Source: Octopus sinensis
Lineage: Eukaryota
Direction: 5' to 3'
Length of the DNA stretch: 64,000 nucleotides
NCBI RefSeq assembly: GCF_006345805.1
Contig: NC_043012.1
Span: 54,684,001-54,748,000, forward strand
Under the pieces are notes generated by a model. It did not search any database, was not told the origin of the DNA, and worked only from the letters and a program-made list of their open reading frames with translations. Positions 23,826-36,795 of the stretch are shown in pieces (within the stretch, counting starts at the first letter, position 1; every line of letters starts with the position of its first letter). The position numbers were made by a program, and so were the translations under genes.

Positions 23826-24649
23826 GTATTCTTTTATTGTTATTTGTTTAGTAAAGAGAAATTATATTTTCATTGCTGAATCTGGCGGGATCACTGTTTC
23901 CATTTTGAATGTGTAATAAATATATAGGTGTAGGCATCGTGTAGTTGAGAAGTTTGTTTCCCAAACATGTGGTTTTGGGTTCAATCCCACTGCACAGCAC
24001 CTTGGGTGAGGATTTCTCTCATATAGGCCTGGATTGACCAAAGCCTTGTGAGTTGATTTGGTAGATAAAGACCAAAAGTAACTCATCATCTATACATGTA
24101 CATCTATGTGTGTGTGTGTGTTTGTTTGTTTACATTTTGCACTTCTCTGAAAATTGCTGTGTTACAAGCAATGATATTATCAGCAATTATTTGCTGGTGT
24201 TGTGACTTCAAAGACGTGTGGAATAAGATGTTCCTTAGAGGTAAGGGTTAGCATCAGGAAGTGCATCCAGCTGTAAAGCTTCACCTCAATAATATACTTA
24301 TCTAACTCATGCTAGCATGGAAAAACTAACACAAAAGCAAATGAATGAAAATTGTTAACTTGGTCTCCTTCAACAGCATAAAAGATACACTCACTGCACA
24401 TTTCAAAGAAACAATCTTGGACTCTGCTCTTTTTATTCCCAGACAATATGCCCAACTAAAACTCCCCTCAAAGTCACTATGAATTGTAGGCCTCACTAAC
24501 AATCATCGGTCATCTCTCCCATCAACCCCAGTGCATAACTGGTACTTAATTTATCGAACCTGAAAGGATGAAAGGCAAAGTCAACCTTGGTGGAATTTGA
24601 ACTCAGAACGTAACGGCAGGCGAAATACCGCCAAGCATTTCAGCTCTTT

Positions 24650-25290
24650 GGTGACTTTTCCTTGCCAAGAGTTGGTGTGACTTGCTTGGAATGACCCCTG
24701 TTTGGTGGTTGAGCTACTTGGATGGGGCTGTCAAATTTGAGATGGTCCGGTTTCAACCTATCGATGGAAACTGTCTTGCCATCTACCAATTAGGAATTGG
24801 AACCATTTTTCTCCTGGACATATGACTTCATATGGGCCATCCTAGTGTGACTGGAGGAGTTTTTGTTATGTATCACGTTGACCGAACACAAACTTAGCTA
24901 TGTGGAGGTCATTTGGTATGGATAGCTTGACATAGGAATTGGGTGCAAGTGGCCCACACTGTCTCTTAGTTGTACGAGGTACCTTTTGACATCTGGGTCT
25001 GACTTTGCATTCAGAAGGAACTCTCCTGGCACTGTAAAAGGGGCACTATACACCATTTCTGCAGAAGAAATATTGAGATTTTCCTTTGGGGTGGTGCAGA
25101 TTCTCAGCATCACCCATGGAAGTCAATCAATCCAATTGGGCCTGTTAAGCCTGGTTGTCAGGGATCCCTTCAGGTAGTGGTGAAATCTCTCCACCAACCC
25201 ATTGGCCTATGGATGGTAGGCTGTTGTGTGCTTCATTGTGATTCCAAAAAAGGTCACACATGTCATTCCACAGCTTTGAGGTGAATTGTG
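24650..25290 (-). mobile_element. Gypsy-type LTR retrotransposon integrase remnant (weaker similarity may extend to ~26750)
   Basis: HTTAYHP*ANGLVERFHHYLK...LPWVMLRICTTPKENLNISSAEMVYS..PGEF. Confidence 0.75.
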
Positions 25291-26822
25291 GAACCTCCTC
25301 CACCTCGAGTCCGCTGCCCTAACCACTGGGCCATTGCGCCTCCACCGAACAAAATATTTAACTATCAAAAACAGGAGCAATGTGAAAAAGGGTTCTGAAA
25401 AGTGAAAACATGTGAAAATATGTAAAGCCAGTCTTTTGAAAGTACAAACACACAAAAAGCTCATTGTGTACAGAGAGTCCACTTCAAGATGTTAGTGAAT
25501 AACATGGAAAATGGCTAAGAATAACTCTACAAGAGTCATGATAAGATGCCAGAATCCAAAACAGCACAATAGAAGACAAGAGTTCATTGATAAGGGCACC
25601 AGAGGATGGAATGCAGTTCGAAGATTGCAGAAGTGGTGGCGGCAGTTGAGACATGGTGTCTCGTTGAAAGGTACCGTTGAGTGTCATTGCTTAAAGACGC
25701 TGTCATGCAAGGTAACCGGTAAGTGAAGTCGAAGCTGTGAGCAAGAGTGATTGAAAGGTGCTGTGCAATTGAAGACAAGCCAGAGCTTCCCTATTCTCCA
25801 GTTGAGAGAAGCGGGTTACGTGATGAAAATGACGTTGCAAACCTTCCTGCACTAGGCTGATGGAACAATCGGTTATGGCTTCCTGGGAATAAGACGGCAT
25901 CCAGAAATGTTACGTACTTACTGGAAACGTAACCACACATTTTACTGCTATTTTCAGCAAGTAGATGATGCTGTGTAAGAATGAAGTAACGTCTCGTGGA
26001 ATATGAAGAGAACTGCCAAAAAGTTGTTAGGATGATATAGCTGACAAGTTTTTCGTGTGAAAAACTGCAAAGGCCTCAGCCACAAAGAAGTTTTTAGTTA
26101 AAGGCTCTGCCAGTCATTGACAAAATGGAAAACTTATCCACTGAGGCAATCATGAAGTTGAACAGGTAAAATCACATCAGGGTTGACCAATTATAACGAA
26201 GATGATAAATAAGGAAAATGTGAACTTGAGATGAAATGAAGTGGTAAGCAATGATTTATTCTCCGCTATAAAATGCAATGAATATAAAATTCATGATTGC
26301 CATACATGAAATAAAATAAATATAATAGGTTACAACAAAGATGTGTGAGAGACTTCATGGTTAGGCTGGACCGTTGATCTTGTAGACAGAGTTGACGTAC
26401 TGTTTGGTGGTGTGTAGAGGCAGCCATTGATCTGTTGGTTGTGTGATGTTCATACAGCAATGATGTAGGCAGGCATCTAGTGAAGGTGAAAGCAGAGACT
26501 GGCTGGTGTCAGATACATCGTTGTCAGGGACGAGTTGCATGTGGTCAGTGGTGTGTGCCAAAGACCTAGAGCACTCAAGAACTGTCATTCTTAAAGAGAT
26601 CAGGAGGTTCCCAGAGCTGGTGATTAATTTCCCATGTAAGGAAGAACAAACTGTTGCACGAACATGATTGGATGGCTGGAAACCAACCAATACAAACAAC
26701 AAGTTCAGCTAATCACAAGGTCATGTGACCTGCTGGAACGAAAAGGCCTGTAGAGCCGATATCCAGGTATCCATAATGACAGTATAAGTCACATCTGCTT
26801 TAGACACAGACACACACACACA

Positions 26823-26869
<47 letters not shown>

Positions 26870-27333
26870 TGATGGGCTTCTTTCAGTTTCCCTCTACCAA
26901 ATCCAGGCACAAGGCTTTGGTTGGCCCAAGGTTATAGTAGAAGACAATTGCCCAAAGTGCCACACAATGGGACTGAACCCAGACCATATGGTTGGGAAGC
27001 AAGCTTCTTACCACACAGCCATGCCAATTTAGTTAGATCATGTTATATTTACTGGGAATGACTCAAGGGATGTTTACTTGATGGAGAGCATGATCCATTG
27101 CTATGGTAACTTGGTGTTTTGCACTTTAACAAGATAAAAAAAAAATACAATGGATTTTGATGGATATTTGCCTGCTATTTCTTGCAGATTGAGCAGTCAC
27201 ATAGAGACTCCCTCATTCTGTGTGTGTTTATGTGTATGTTTTTGTTTTGTGTTGTGTGTATGGTTTTGTTATGGATTGTTTTATGTTTTTTCTCATTTAT
27301 TGTAAACAAATATCACTTCTCTGTATTTTCCAG

Positions 27334-27409
27334 TGATGGTTCTGACAGCTCAGATTCAGACGAACCTTCCGATGATCATCCATCCCATATGCAACTGTTA
27401 AGCAATAAG
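27334..27409 (+). CDS. CCP2/3-like exon (DGSDSSDSDEPSDDHPSHMQLLSNK)
   Basis: ttccag acceptor, AAG|gtaact donor, phase 2-0; GSDSS motif typical of CCP2/3 tails. Confidence 0.85.
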
Positions 27410-27589
27410 GTAACTTTATTTATGTACACACACACACACATACACACAATCAGAGGGTTTACAATTTTTCTGAGCCCTATAAAAGAACTCTGAAGGTTGG
27501 ACCTCCAAGCAGGCCTTTCATGATACCCTTAAAACCAGGAACTTTTCAGCATCTCCTCATATATATATATACATATACATATATATATA

Positions 27590-28500
27590 CAATGCATCTG
27601 TGTGAACAGCCATGCTACATGGCAGTGAAACATGGACCGTGACTACTGAGGACATGCGTAAGCTTGCAAGGAATGAAGCCAGCATGCTCCGATGGATGTA
27701 TAATGTCAGTGTGCATACTCGACTGAGTGTTAGTGCCCTGACAGAAAGGTTGGACCTAAGAAGCATCAGATGTGGTGTGCAAGAGAGACGACTGCGCTGG
27801 TATAGTCATGTAGAAAGAATGGATGTCGATAGCTGTGTGAAAAAGTGCCACACCCTAGCAGTTGAGGGAACCTGTGGAAGAGGTAGACTCTGGAAGACCT
27901 GGGATGAGGTGGTGAAGCATGACCTTCAAACACTGGGCCTCACCGAGGCAATGACTTGTGACCGGGATCTCTGGAAATATGCTGTGCTTGAGAAGACTTG
28001 GCAAGCACATGTGAGACCATAACCTTGTGGCCTATGCTAGGGGTGTAACCAGTCTGCTTATGCGTGCCTTTCCTTCATTGGACACTAAACTCTGCTTGCA
28101 AAGACTTGTTGAGGCAAGTGAAATCAAAATCAAAATCAAATCCATGCTAGTGGAGCGCTAAGAGTACCATATGAGTGAGATAGTTGCCAGAGCAACAAGC
28201 TGGCCTCCAAGCCAATGACACGCTAAAAACACCATTCAAGCGTGATCGTTGCCGTGTCGCCTTACTAGCCCTTGTGCGGGTGGCATGTGAAATATTTGAG
28301 TGAGGTCGTTGCCAGTGCCGCTGGACTGGCTCCTGTGCAGGTGGCACGTAAAAAGCACCATTTGGGCGTGGCCATTGCCAGTACCACCAAACTGGCCCTC
28401 GTGCCAGTGGCACGTAAAACTACCCTCTGCACTCTCGGAGTGGTTGGCGTTAAGAAGGGCATCCAGCTGTAGAAACTCTGCCAGATCAGATTGGAGTCTG
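27590..28500 (+). mobile_element. RTE 3' fragment (ORF end + 3'UTR, tail lost)
   Basis: MLHGSETW...KTWDEVVKHDL; UTR matches 9850-10340. Confidence 0.85.
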
Positions 28501-29059
28501 GTATATGTTTCTCAGACTTGATATCTTGAGAAGCCAGGTTAGATACCTTACAATCCCTTGTGCAACCTCCAAAAAAGCCTGTTGTTCAGCAGCCACTTTC
28601 CATACTGCATCCGCAGTTTGTTTCTTCTTAGGAGAACTGCATGCACCATCATATAACTGTATACATATACATACATATACTCTTTTACTCTTTTGCTTGT
28701 TTCAGTCATTTGACTGTGGCCATGCTGAAGCACTGCCTTTTAGTCAAGCAAACCGACCCCAGGACTTATTCTTTGTAAGCCTAGTACTTATTCTATTGGT
28801 CTCTTTTGCTGAACCGCTAAGTTATGGGGACGTAAACACACCAGCATCGGTTGTCAAGTGATGTTGGAGGGACAAACACAGACACACAAACACACACACA
28901 CACACACATACATATCTACAATGAGCTTCTTTCAGTTTCTGTCTACCATATCCATTCACAAGGCTTTGGTCGGCCCGAGGCTATAGTAGGAGACACTTGC
29001 CCAAGGTGCCACGCAGTGGGACTGAACCCGGAAACATGTGGTTCGAAAGCAAGCTACTT

Positions 29060-31293
29060 TATTTCATTAAGATTTGCCATAAAGGCATTACAAAGAGTAG
29101 CTTGTGGGCTGGACATATACATTGATGAAGGGAATGATGAAACAAGGATGATATTGATGAGAGAAGGCAGAAAACGCCCACCGATTTTCTGCTTCTCTAA
29201 AACATTGTTCTTTTTTTTCCATCAAAAACGACAATTATTGAACTTAATAGTCCATTACAAATATATATAATAAATTATTCAATATACACACAATCTATAA
29301 GATCAATCCTCCTCTTCAGAGCCCCCAAGCAAATGACACGCTGCCTGCAGGAAAGCCTGCATTGGCAGGTTGGGGCCTGCAAAATCTTCCTTACTACAGG
29401 TCACCATGACCTCGAACAGCTCCTTCTGACTCACAACGTCCGCAGCCACCTGCAGAGGCCAGCCTGGACAGTCTATACAAACCGAGTCCAATCGTTCTTG
29501 GCCTGGAAGACCGTCCAAGCACTTCTCAACTGGCCCTTCTCTGAGATAGAAAACGACAGGTTTCACATCCTCCTCATGGAGAGAGGTCTCAGCCGTTTCT
29601 CCCTGCAATGGGAGAGTGGGGGACACCTTCACCTTTCCCTGCTCCGGGACCTTTCTACGGCCCCGGGGGCAGTCCTTCCTAATGTGGCCTGACTCCAGGC
29701 ACAAGTGACACATGGGAGGGGGGGGGGCGACCCTCAAGTATTACTGGATACCTTGAGCCATTCGTTTTTAAAAAGTCAGGGAAAGTCATTTCACCCGCGA
29801 GCACTGGGGTCCATAGGGTCAAAGTTGCCTTTGCACCCTCCCAGTCGACCGCAGGCTTTCATCATCATCATCATCATCATCGTTTAACGTCCGTTCTCCA
29901 TGCTAGCATGGGTTGGACGGTTCGACCGGGGTTCTGGGAAGCCAGAAGGCTGCACCAGGCTCCAGTCTAATCTGGCAATGTTTCTACAGCTGGATGCCCT
30001 TCCTAACGCCAACCACTCCGTGAGTGTAGTGGGTGCTTTTGGGCCCGCTATCACCCAGGCCCCGCCGGATGGCATCTGCAATCCACTCCGCTTTGGTGCC
30101 CAGGGGAAGACCACATACCCAGGCCCTTATCACCTTCTTCCCATGATATGTGGGAAGAAACAAAATCTCCTCCCCTTCCAGGGGCTGGCCTGCCACAGTG
30201 CAAGCCTCCTCAGGAGTGTCGAAAAGTAACCACACCATGGCGTATTTGACACCCCTGGTTACATAATAATTTTTGGCTGGCAAACATTTTGCTAGCTCTT
30301 TATTAATAATACCCTTGTCGAAGAGGGCGATGGCGTCACGTGACCTAGAATGGGTCCGTAGTACCACCGTCCTTCTCTCAAGGCTTTCAATCCCATTGCT
30401 TAGGTGGTACCACCTCCCATTCTAAGGCACTTTTTGCATTTGCCATGTTAAAAATCAATTCAAAGGAAGGAAAGAAAGTCCAAATAAATTAACAAGTCCA
30501 AAAAGAAATAAACAAGTCATTTCAAAAAATATGAATAAAAATAAAATTCAAAAGAAACGCAAAAACAGCTCCAAAAAGAAAGAAAAAACAGAAGGATAGA
30601 GAAAAGAAAAACAGTTCCCACGGCAAACATCAATGGCCAACAGGTACTCCTGGCCAACTTCAACAAGTTTCAATGGCAAAATCCAGTAAGTTCGGGCGAA
30701 GATACGCCCCCTTTTTTTCCAATACAAAAAACAACAAACAGCAGCCCCCAACAGCAGGCAGAATTTCCACGGAGCTGGGCGAAATTTATCAACACACCAA
30801 CAATTACTATTTGACAAATTACACCCAGCTCAACCGAAAACAAATCCACCTCCCTCTACGGTCCTATGCTGATGTTGTTCTTTTTTCTTTCAGTTCAATA
30901 TTGGACAGAGCCAACACACTCACATCCACCTTGCAAAAATAGTCCTTCCTGCCTTGGTACTCCTTGGTAATCCAGTGGAAATTCACAGACATGAAGACAA
31001 TTTTTGTAAACAAATTAATTTTTGCGGAGGGGCTACGCCTCCTTAAAAACACAATTCTCACTGCAAAGTGAGTCTTTATGGACGACCACAGGCAGGCAAA
31101 TGTCTGGAGCAGAGTGTAGACCGATGCTCGCCAAAAAACAATATTAAATACAGGGCAACAAACTCCACTAAGCCCTCAAAAAAAATACAACAAATGCCTA
31201 CCTGTAGTCGTGCTTCCAAAATGTCCAATTTTCACGTCGCAAGACGTGACTTTCAAGCTGCATGTAAAATGCGAATTCTTCAGTCAGTGAGGT
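29060..31293 (-). mobile_element. ORF1-only (gag-like CCHC) L1/Tx1-like non-LTR element with 13-bp TSD, interrupted by an RTE tail at ~29860-30040
   Basis: CHLCLESGHIRKDC knuckle; long U-rich 5'UTR; 3' end ...gaaataaa; TSD aagcaagctactt at 29047-29059 and 31294-31306. Confidence 0.72.
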
Positions 31294-31400
31294 AAGCAAG
31301 CTACTTACCACACAACCACTCCTACGCTTATGCACACAGCCACTCCTATGCCTATTCACACAGCCACAACCACGCCTATGTTTACATACATACATATCTG

Positions 31401-31446
<46 letters not shown>

Positions 31447-31609
31447 TGTATATAAATATGTATATATAACAATTTAGCTAGGTGTAAAAAACCACCTCAG
31501 GGATATTAAATATCCAAAGAATTTACTGGTTTTTATTACCTCTATCAATAACAATATTATTCCAATAGGTAAATAAATAAATAAAATCAACATACAGTTT
31601 ATTAATATA

Positions 31610-31775
31610 TAAATATAAATAAGAAATGGTAAACAAAACAAGAAATTGAACAATTATAAATTCAATTGAAATATTTTATTTGTTTGTATAAAATATTTCA
31701 ATTGAATTGAATTCATAATTATTCAGTTTATTGTTTTGTTTTCCATTTCTTTATTGTATTTATATGCATATATAT
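31610..31775. repeat. AT-rich fold-back element in (TA)n
   Basis: aattcaattgaaatattttat / ataaaatatttcaattgaatt and flanking arms are complementary. Confidence 0.65.
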
Positions 31776-31842
31776 ATATGTATATATATATAGTAGAAAT
31801 ATGTTACGAAAAAAATATATAAAATGCACGTGGAAATGTAAG

Positions 31843-32150
31843 GGTAAAATATGAAAATCAACGAAAATGCACATTGCAAATAAAAAATGGCTATTTATGT
31901 CAGGTAACAACAAATATATACATTTAGATTGACTGAGGTAGTAATACGAGTCATAAAAGTCATTATTATAAAAAAAAAAAACGTTTTTTTCTCTTACTTT
32001 ATTATCATCTTATAATCATCTCATAATAATGACTTTTATGACTCGTATTACTACCTCAGTCAATCTAAATGTATATATTTGTCGTTACCTGTTATAAATA
32101 GCCTTTTTTTATTTGCAATGTGCATTTTTGTTGATTTTTCATATTTTACC
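31843..32150. repeat. Fold-back element (~125-bp arms, ~50-nt loop) in (TA)n
   Basis: 31843-31969 is the reverse complement of 32023-32150. Confidence 0.8.
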
Positions 32151-32184
32151 TCCATATATATATATGTATGTATATATATAAACA

Positions 32185-32800
32185 TTGAACATGTGCTGAA
32201 AATAGACTCCATCAATTGCCAGGGGTACAAGCTAGAGGTAGCAGATAGGTTCCAGTGTCTAAGTGACCAAGTTAGTCGTGGATGTTCCAAGATTGCAGCT
32301 GTAAGAATAAGATTAGGTTGGGTAAAGTTCAGAGAGCTCCTACCCCCTGCTGGCAACAAAGGGCCTCTCTCTCAGAGTGGAAGGCCGATTGTTTGATGCC
32401 TGTGTGCGAACAGCTATACTGCATGGCAGTGAAATATGGGCTATAACAGCCAAGGACATGTGTAGGCTTGAGAGAAATTAAACCAGTATGCTTCGCTGGA
32501 TGTGCAATGTCAGTGTACATGTTTGACAGCTTGTAAGCATCTTGAGAGAAAAGTTAGGCAAAAGAGGTATCAGATGTGGTGTGCAAGAGAGACAACTGCA
32601 CCGGTATGGTCATCTGATGCATATGGACGAGGACAGCTGTGTGAAGAAGTGCTGATATCTAGCCGTGGAGAGAACTTGTGGTAGAGGTAGACCCAGGAAA
32701 ACATGGGACAAGGTGTTGAAGCATGATCTTTGAATCTCACAGAGGCAATGACTTGTGATCAAGACCTTTGGGGATGTGCTGTGCTTGAAAAAACTTGTCA
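32185..32800 (+). mobile_element. Older, diverged RTE ORF-end fragment, followed by an opposite-strand RTE tail (32800-33155)
   Basis: KLEVADRFQCLSDQV..RIRLGWVKFRELLP..GRPRKTWDKV. Confidence 0.75.
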
Positions 32801-33377
32801 AACCATGCTGGCATGGGTCGGACACTTTGATACGAACTGGCAAGGCCAAGAGCTGCACCAGGTTACATAGTCAGTTTCAGCTTAGTTTCTACAGCTGGAT
32901 GCCCTTCCTAATGCCAATGACCATACAGAGTGTACTGGGTGCTTTTTACATGTCGCCATCACATGGTACCATTACACAGTGATTTTTATGTGGCATCATC
33001 ACCAGTGCATTTTACACGTCACCGTCACCTACGCTTTTTACATGGCACCATCACCAGTGCTTTTTACATGGCTCCAGCATGGGTACTTTTTACATGGCAC
33101 CATCACCAATGCATTTTACCATGACACCATCACCAGTGCTTTTTACCATGCTTTTTACACATTCAAAATGTAAAGAGGTGGAACAAAAAATTCAAAACCA
33201 TTTAGTGCAATGATCTAACAATTCGATCAATCTGCCATTACCATCCTCCACAGAAGATTGAAAGACAATGTTGACCTTGGTAGGTTTTGAACACAAACCA
33301 TAAAGAGCTTTAGTTGGGTCTTGTCTTACTTGATTTTGTTTTTATTCAGTTTAACTCTTTCAATTCTTTTGTTTCAG

Positions 33378-33410
33378 AATAGTAACTCTGATATCAGAAA
33401 ACCTGAACTG
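33378..33410 (+). CDS. Probable 33-nt exon (NSNSDIRKPEL)
   Basis: tttcag acceptor after a pyrimidine tract, gtaggt donor, phase 0-0, in a repeat-free island. Confidence 0.55.
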
Positions 33411-34515
33411 GTAGGTATATCATTGCTTCTTCTTTTACTGGTTGCAATCACTGTTTTGTGGCCATTCTGGAGTACCACCTTTGACTGTTTTTCTGTTTTG
33501 TATCAACTCTAGTAATGTCTAGTACTTATTTTATCACTCTATTAAGACAGCAGTTGGCTAAATTCACCTCGGCATAAATAACTCAGCCTAAATACACAAT
33601 ACATGATGCATTCTGTTTAGTGTTATGGGATTCTTTCAGTTTCTACCTACCAAATTCACTCACAAGGTTTTGGCTGGTTCAGGGTTATAATAGAAGATTG
33701 AACGACACTATAGTTCAATCCAACTGTGTGGCCCAAAATGCTACACAGTGGGACTGAACCTAAAAGCCAGATGGTGGAGAAGCGAACTTATTAACCACAC
33801 AGCCACACCTGCACTTATATACATACATACATAGATTAATAGATAGAAACAGACAGAGTGACAGACAGACAGATAGATAGATAGATAGATAGGTCAGTAA
33901 GTAGGTAGGGATTGAGGTAGGTAGGTAGGTAAGCAGGTAGATAAATAGACAGACAGACTGACAGACAGATAGATATATAGATTGCTTCATAGATAGTTTG
34001 CTATTTATGTATTATACTTGATGTAAGTAGAGTGTCAAAAAGCAAATTTACTGCAGTATTTGCCTGAAAATAAGATATCATGCTTAAAAATACAATATAT
34101 ATTAGAAAGAGACAATAATCACCCCAGCAGTGGCTCACAAGAATAGATGCATATCAGCTACTTTGGGCCTTGTCAATAGCATGAACACACAGCCAACGTC
34201 ATGCTAAGATGAGATTTGTCTTATTACAGTAAATTTACCTCTCAACAATGTATTTACATTAAGTATGATACATAGAAAGCTATTTTAATTTAATACGCTT
34301 TCTATTGCATATATATATATAGTTAATCCAAACATGAAAACACAAAGAGAAAATACAGCAACACAAGGATGTGGAGAAGTATAGTGTTATTGGATGCTCA
34401 GGAAAGAAGGGGGTTTAATGTTTTGAGCGGAGCTCTTTGTCAGAAACATAGGAAAAGGAAAGATCCAAAGAAGGGAAGACGGAGGAAAAAAAATCACCAA
34501 CGGTACACACGTGGT

Positions 34516-34553
<38 letters not shown>

Positions 34554-34559
34554 AATAAT

Positions 34560-34890
34560 AATAATATCAGGGAATATGATTCCAAACTTGCAGGGAAAAA
34601 TTCAACTTAGTAATACTAAATCAAATTTCACAATATATAATATATGTATATAAATTAGAGAAGAACCCCCAAGAAGCAATTCAACAATGATATACTTAAA
34701 TCATACCATACAGAAAAAATTAAAGATACGATAAAACATTTACCTAGAACTAAATAAAGTACGAAATAATAAATAGATAGTATATAATTAGTAATTATAT
34801 ACTATTTATTTATTATTTCCTATTTAGTATTATTTAGTTCTTGGTAAATGTTTTATCGTATCTTTAATTTTTTCTACATGGTACGATTTA
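34560..34890. repeat. Fold-back element with an unpaired tail related to the 11230-11635 element
   Basis: Arms ~34695-34787 / 34795-34890; tail agggaat..tccaaa.tt.cagggaaaaat resembles the reverse complement of 11560-11630. Confidence 0.65.
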
Positions 34891-35807
34891 CATATATATA
34901 CACACACACACACATATACATACATACATATATATATACACACACACATATACATATATATATATGGCTGTGTGGTAAGAAGCTTACTTCCCAACCACAT
35001 AGTTCTGGGTTCAGTCCCATTGCGTAGCACCTTGGGCAAGTGTCTTCTGCTATAGCCTTGGGGTGATCAAAGCCTTGTGAATGGATTTGGTAGACAGAAA
35101 CTGAAAGAAGCTTGTATGTATATATATTTATGTGTGCGTGTGTATCTGTGTTTGTTCCCCAACCATCGCTTGACAACTGATGCTGGTGTGTTTATGTCCC
35201 TCATAACTTAGCAGTCTGGCAAAAGTGACCAATAGAATAAGTACTAGGCTTACAAAGAATAAGTCCCGGGTTTGATTTCTTCAGTTAAAACCCTGTAAGG
35301 CAGTGCTCCAGCATGGCTGCAGTCAAATGACTGATACAAATAAAAGAGAATATACATATATATATATATATGTTTGTATATATATATATATAGGCGCAGG
35401 AGTGGCTGTGTGGTAAGTAGCTTTCTTACCAACCACATGGTTCCGAGTTCAGTCCCACTGCGTGGCACCTTGGGCAAGTGTCTTATACTATAGCCTCAGG
35501 CCGACCAAAGCCTTGTGAGTGGATTTAGTAGACGGAAACTGAAAGAAGCCCGTCATATATATATATGTGTGTATGTGTGAGTTTGTATATCTGTGTTTGT
35601 CCCCCCCAACATTGCTTGACAATAGATGCTGGTGTGTTTATGTCCCCGTCACTTAGCAGTTCGGCAAAAGAGACCGATAGAATAAGTACTAGGCTTACAA
35701 AGAATAAGTCCTGGGGTCGATTTGCTCAATTAAAGGCGGTGCTCCAGCATGGCCGCAGTCAAATGACTGAATCAAGTAAAAGAGTAAAGAATATATATAT
35801 GTGTGTT

Positions 35808-35848
<41 letters not shown>

Positions 35849-35850
35849 CA

Positions 35851-35896
<46 letters not shown>

Positions 35897-36711
35897 TACA
35901 TATATGTGTATATATATATATAATATATAATATATATATATATATTATATATATATATATGTGTGTGTGTATGTGTGTGTGTGTTTGTGTATGTGTGAAA
36001 GAAAAGAGCATCCTCATTTAGAAAACTGATCCACCAAACACATCTGATGACTGCTAGGGCAAGATTGTTTTAATAAGTTTGTATAATTATAATATAAATT
36101 TACTTTACATATTGGGTGTTCCAAGTTTTTTCCTTTATGAACCATACTTACTGGTGTGTGTGTGTGTGTATAGATACATACATATATCGACCTCAGGGCA
36201 CTGAACTTTTCAGGCAAGATGGCAAAGGGGCAAGATGCCTGGTGCCGTGCTATACTCAAGAAGACCCGTACTCCGCAGCAGAAGTGTTAAGATCAGTCCC
36301 TCCGGTGGCATAAATCACTCATGGCAGTCTCATGTAAAAGCGCTCGTGTGGTGTCACGTAAAACCATCCGTATTGTTCCACGTAAAAAGCGCCCATGTGG
36401 CACCATGTGACACCACATGAAAGTGCCCGTGCAACACCACATAAAAGCAACCAGCACACTCTGTAAGTGGTTGATGTTAAGGAAGGGCATCCAACAGTCG
36501 AGACCATGCCAAATCAGACTGGAGTCAGGTGCCACTCCCCAGCTTGCCAGCTCAGCTCTGTTCAAAGCTTGCGACGCATGACAGCATGGGCAACAAGCAT
36601 TAAATGATGAGTCACATGTATGTATGAATACATGGTTAAACACTCTGTATGTTGATATTTTCTCCAAAGGCCTTGCAGGTTTTGTTAACAATAATTTATA
36701 TTTTTTTCCAG

Positions 36712-36795
36712 GGTGAGTTAGTTAAATATTCCAAGACAAGTGATTTGAATTTAAGCAAGTCTCAGACTTCAAGACAGTTGTCATTGGAGGACAGT
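36712..36795 (+). CDS. Probable tail exon (GELVKYSKTSDLNLSKSQTSRQLSLEDS)
   Basis: tttttttccag acceptor, gtgagt donor, 84 nt, open, phase 0-0. Confidence 0.7.

Noticed and set aside
35392-35465. tRNA gene candidates
   Set aside because: A/B boxes continue into SINE bodies with no complete cloverleaf; these are SINE heads.
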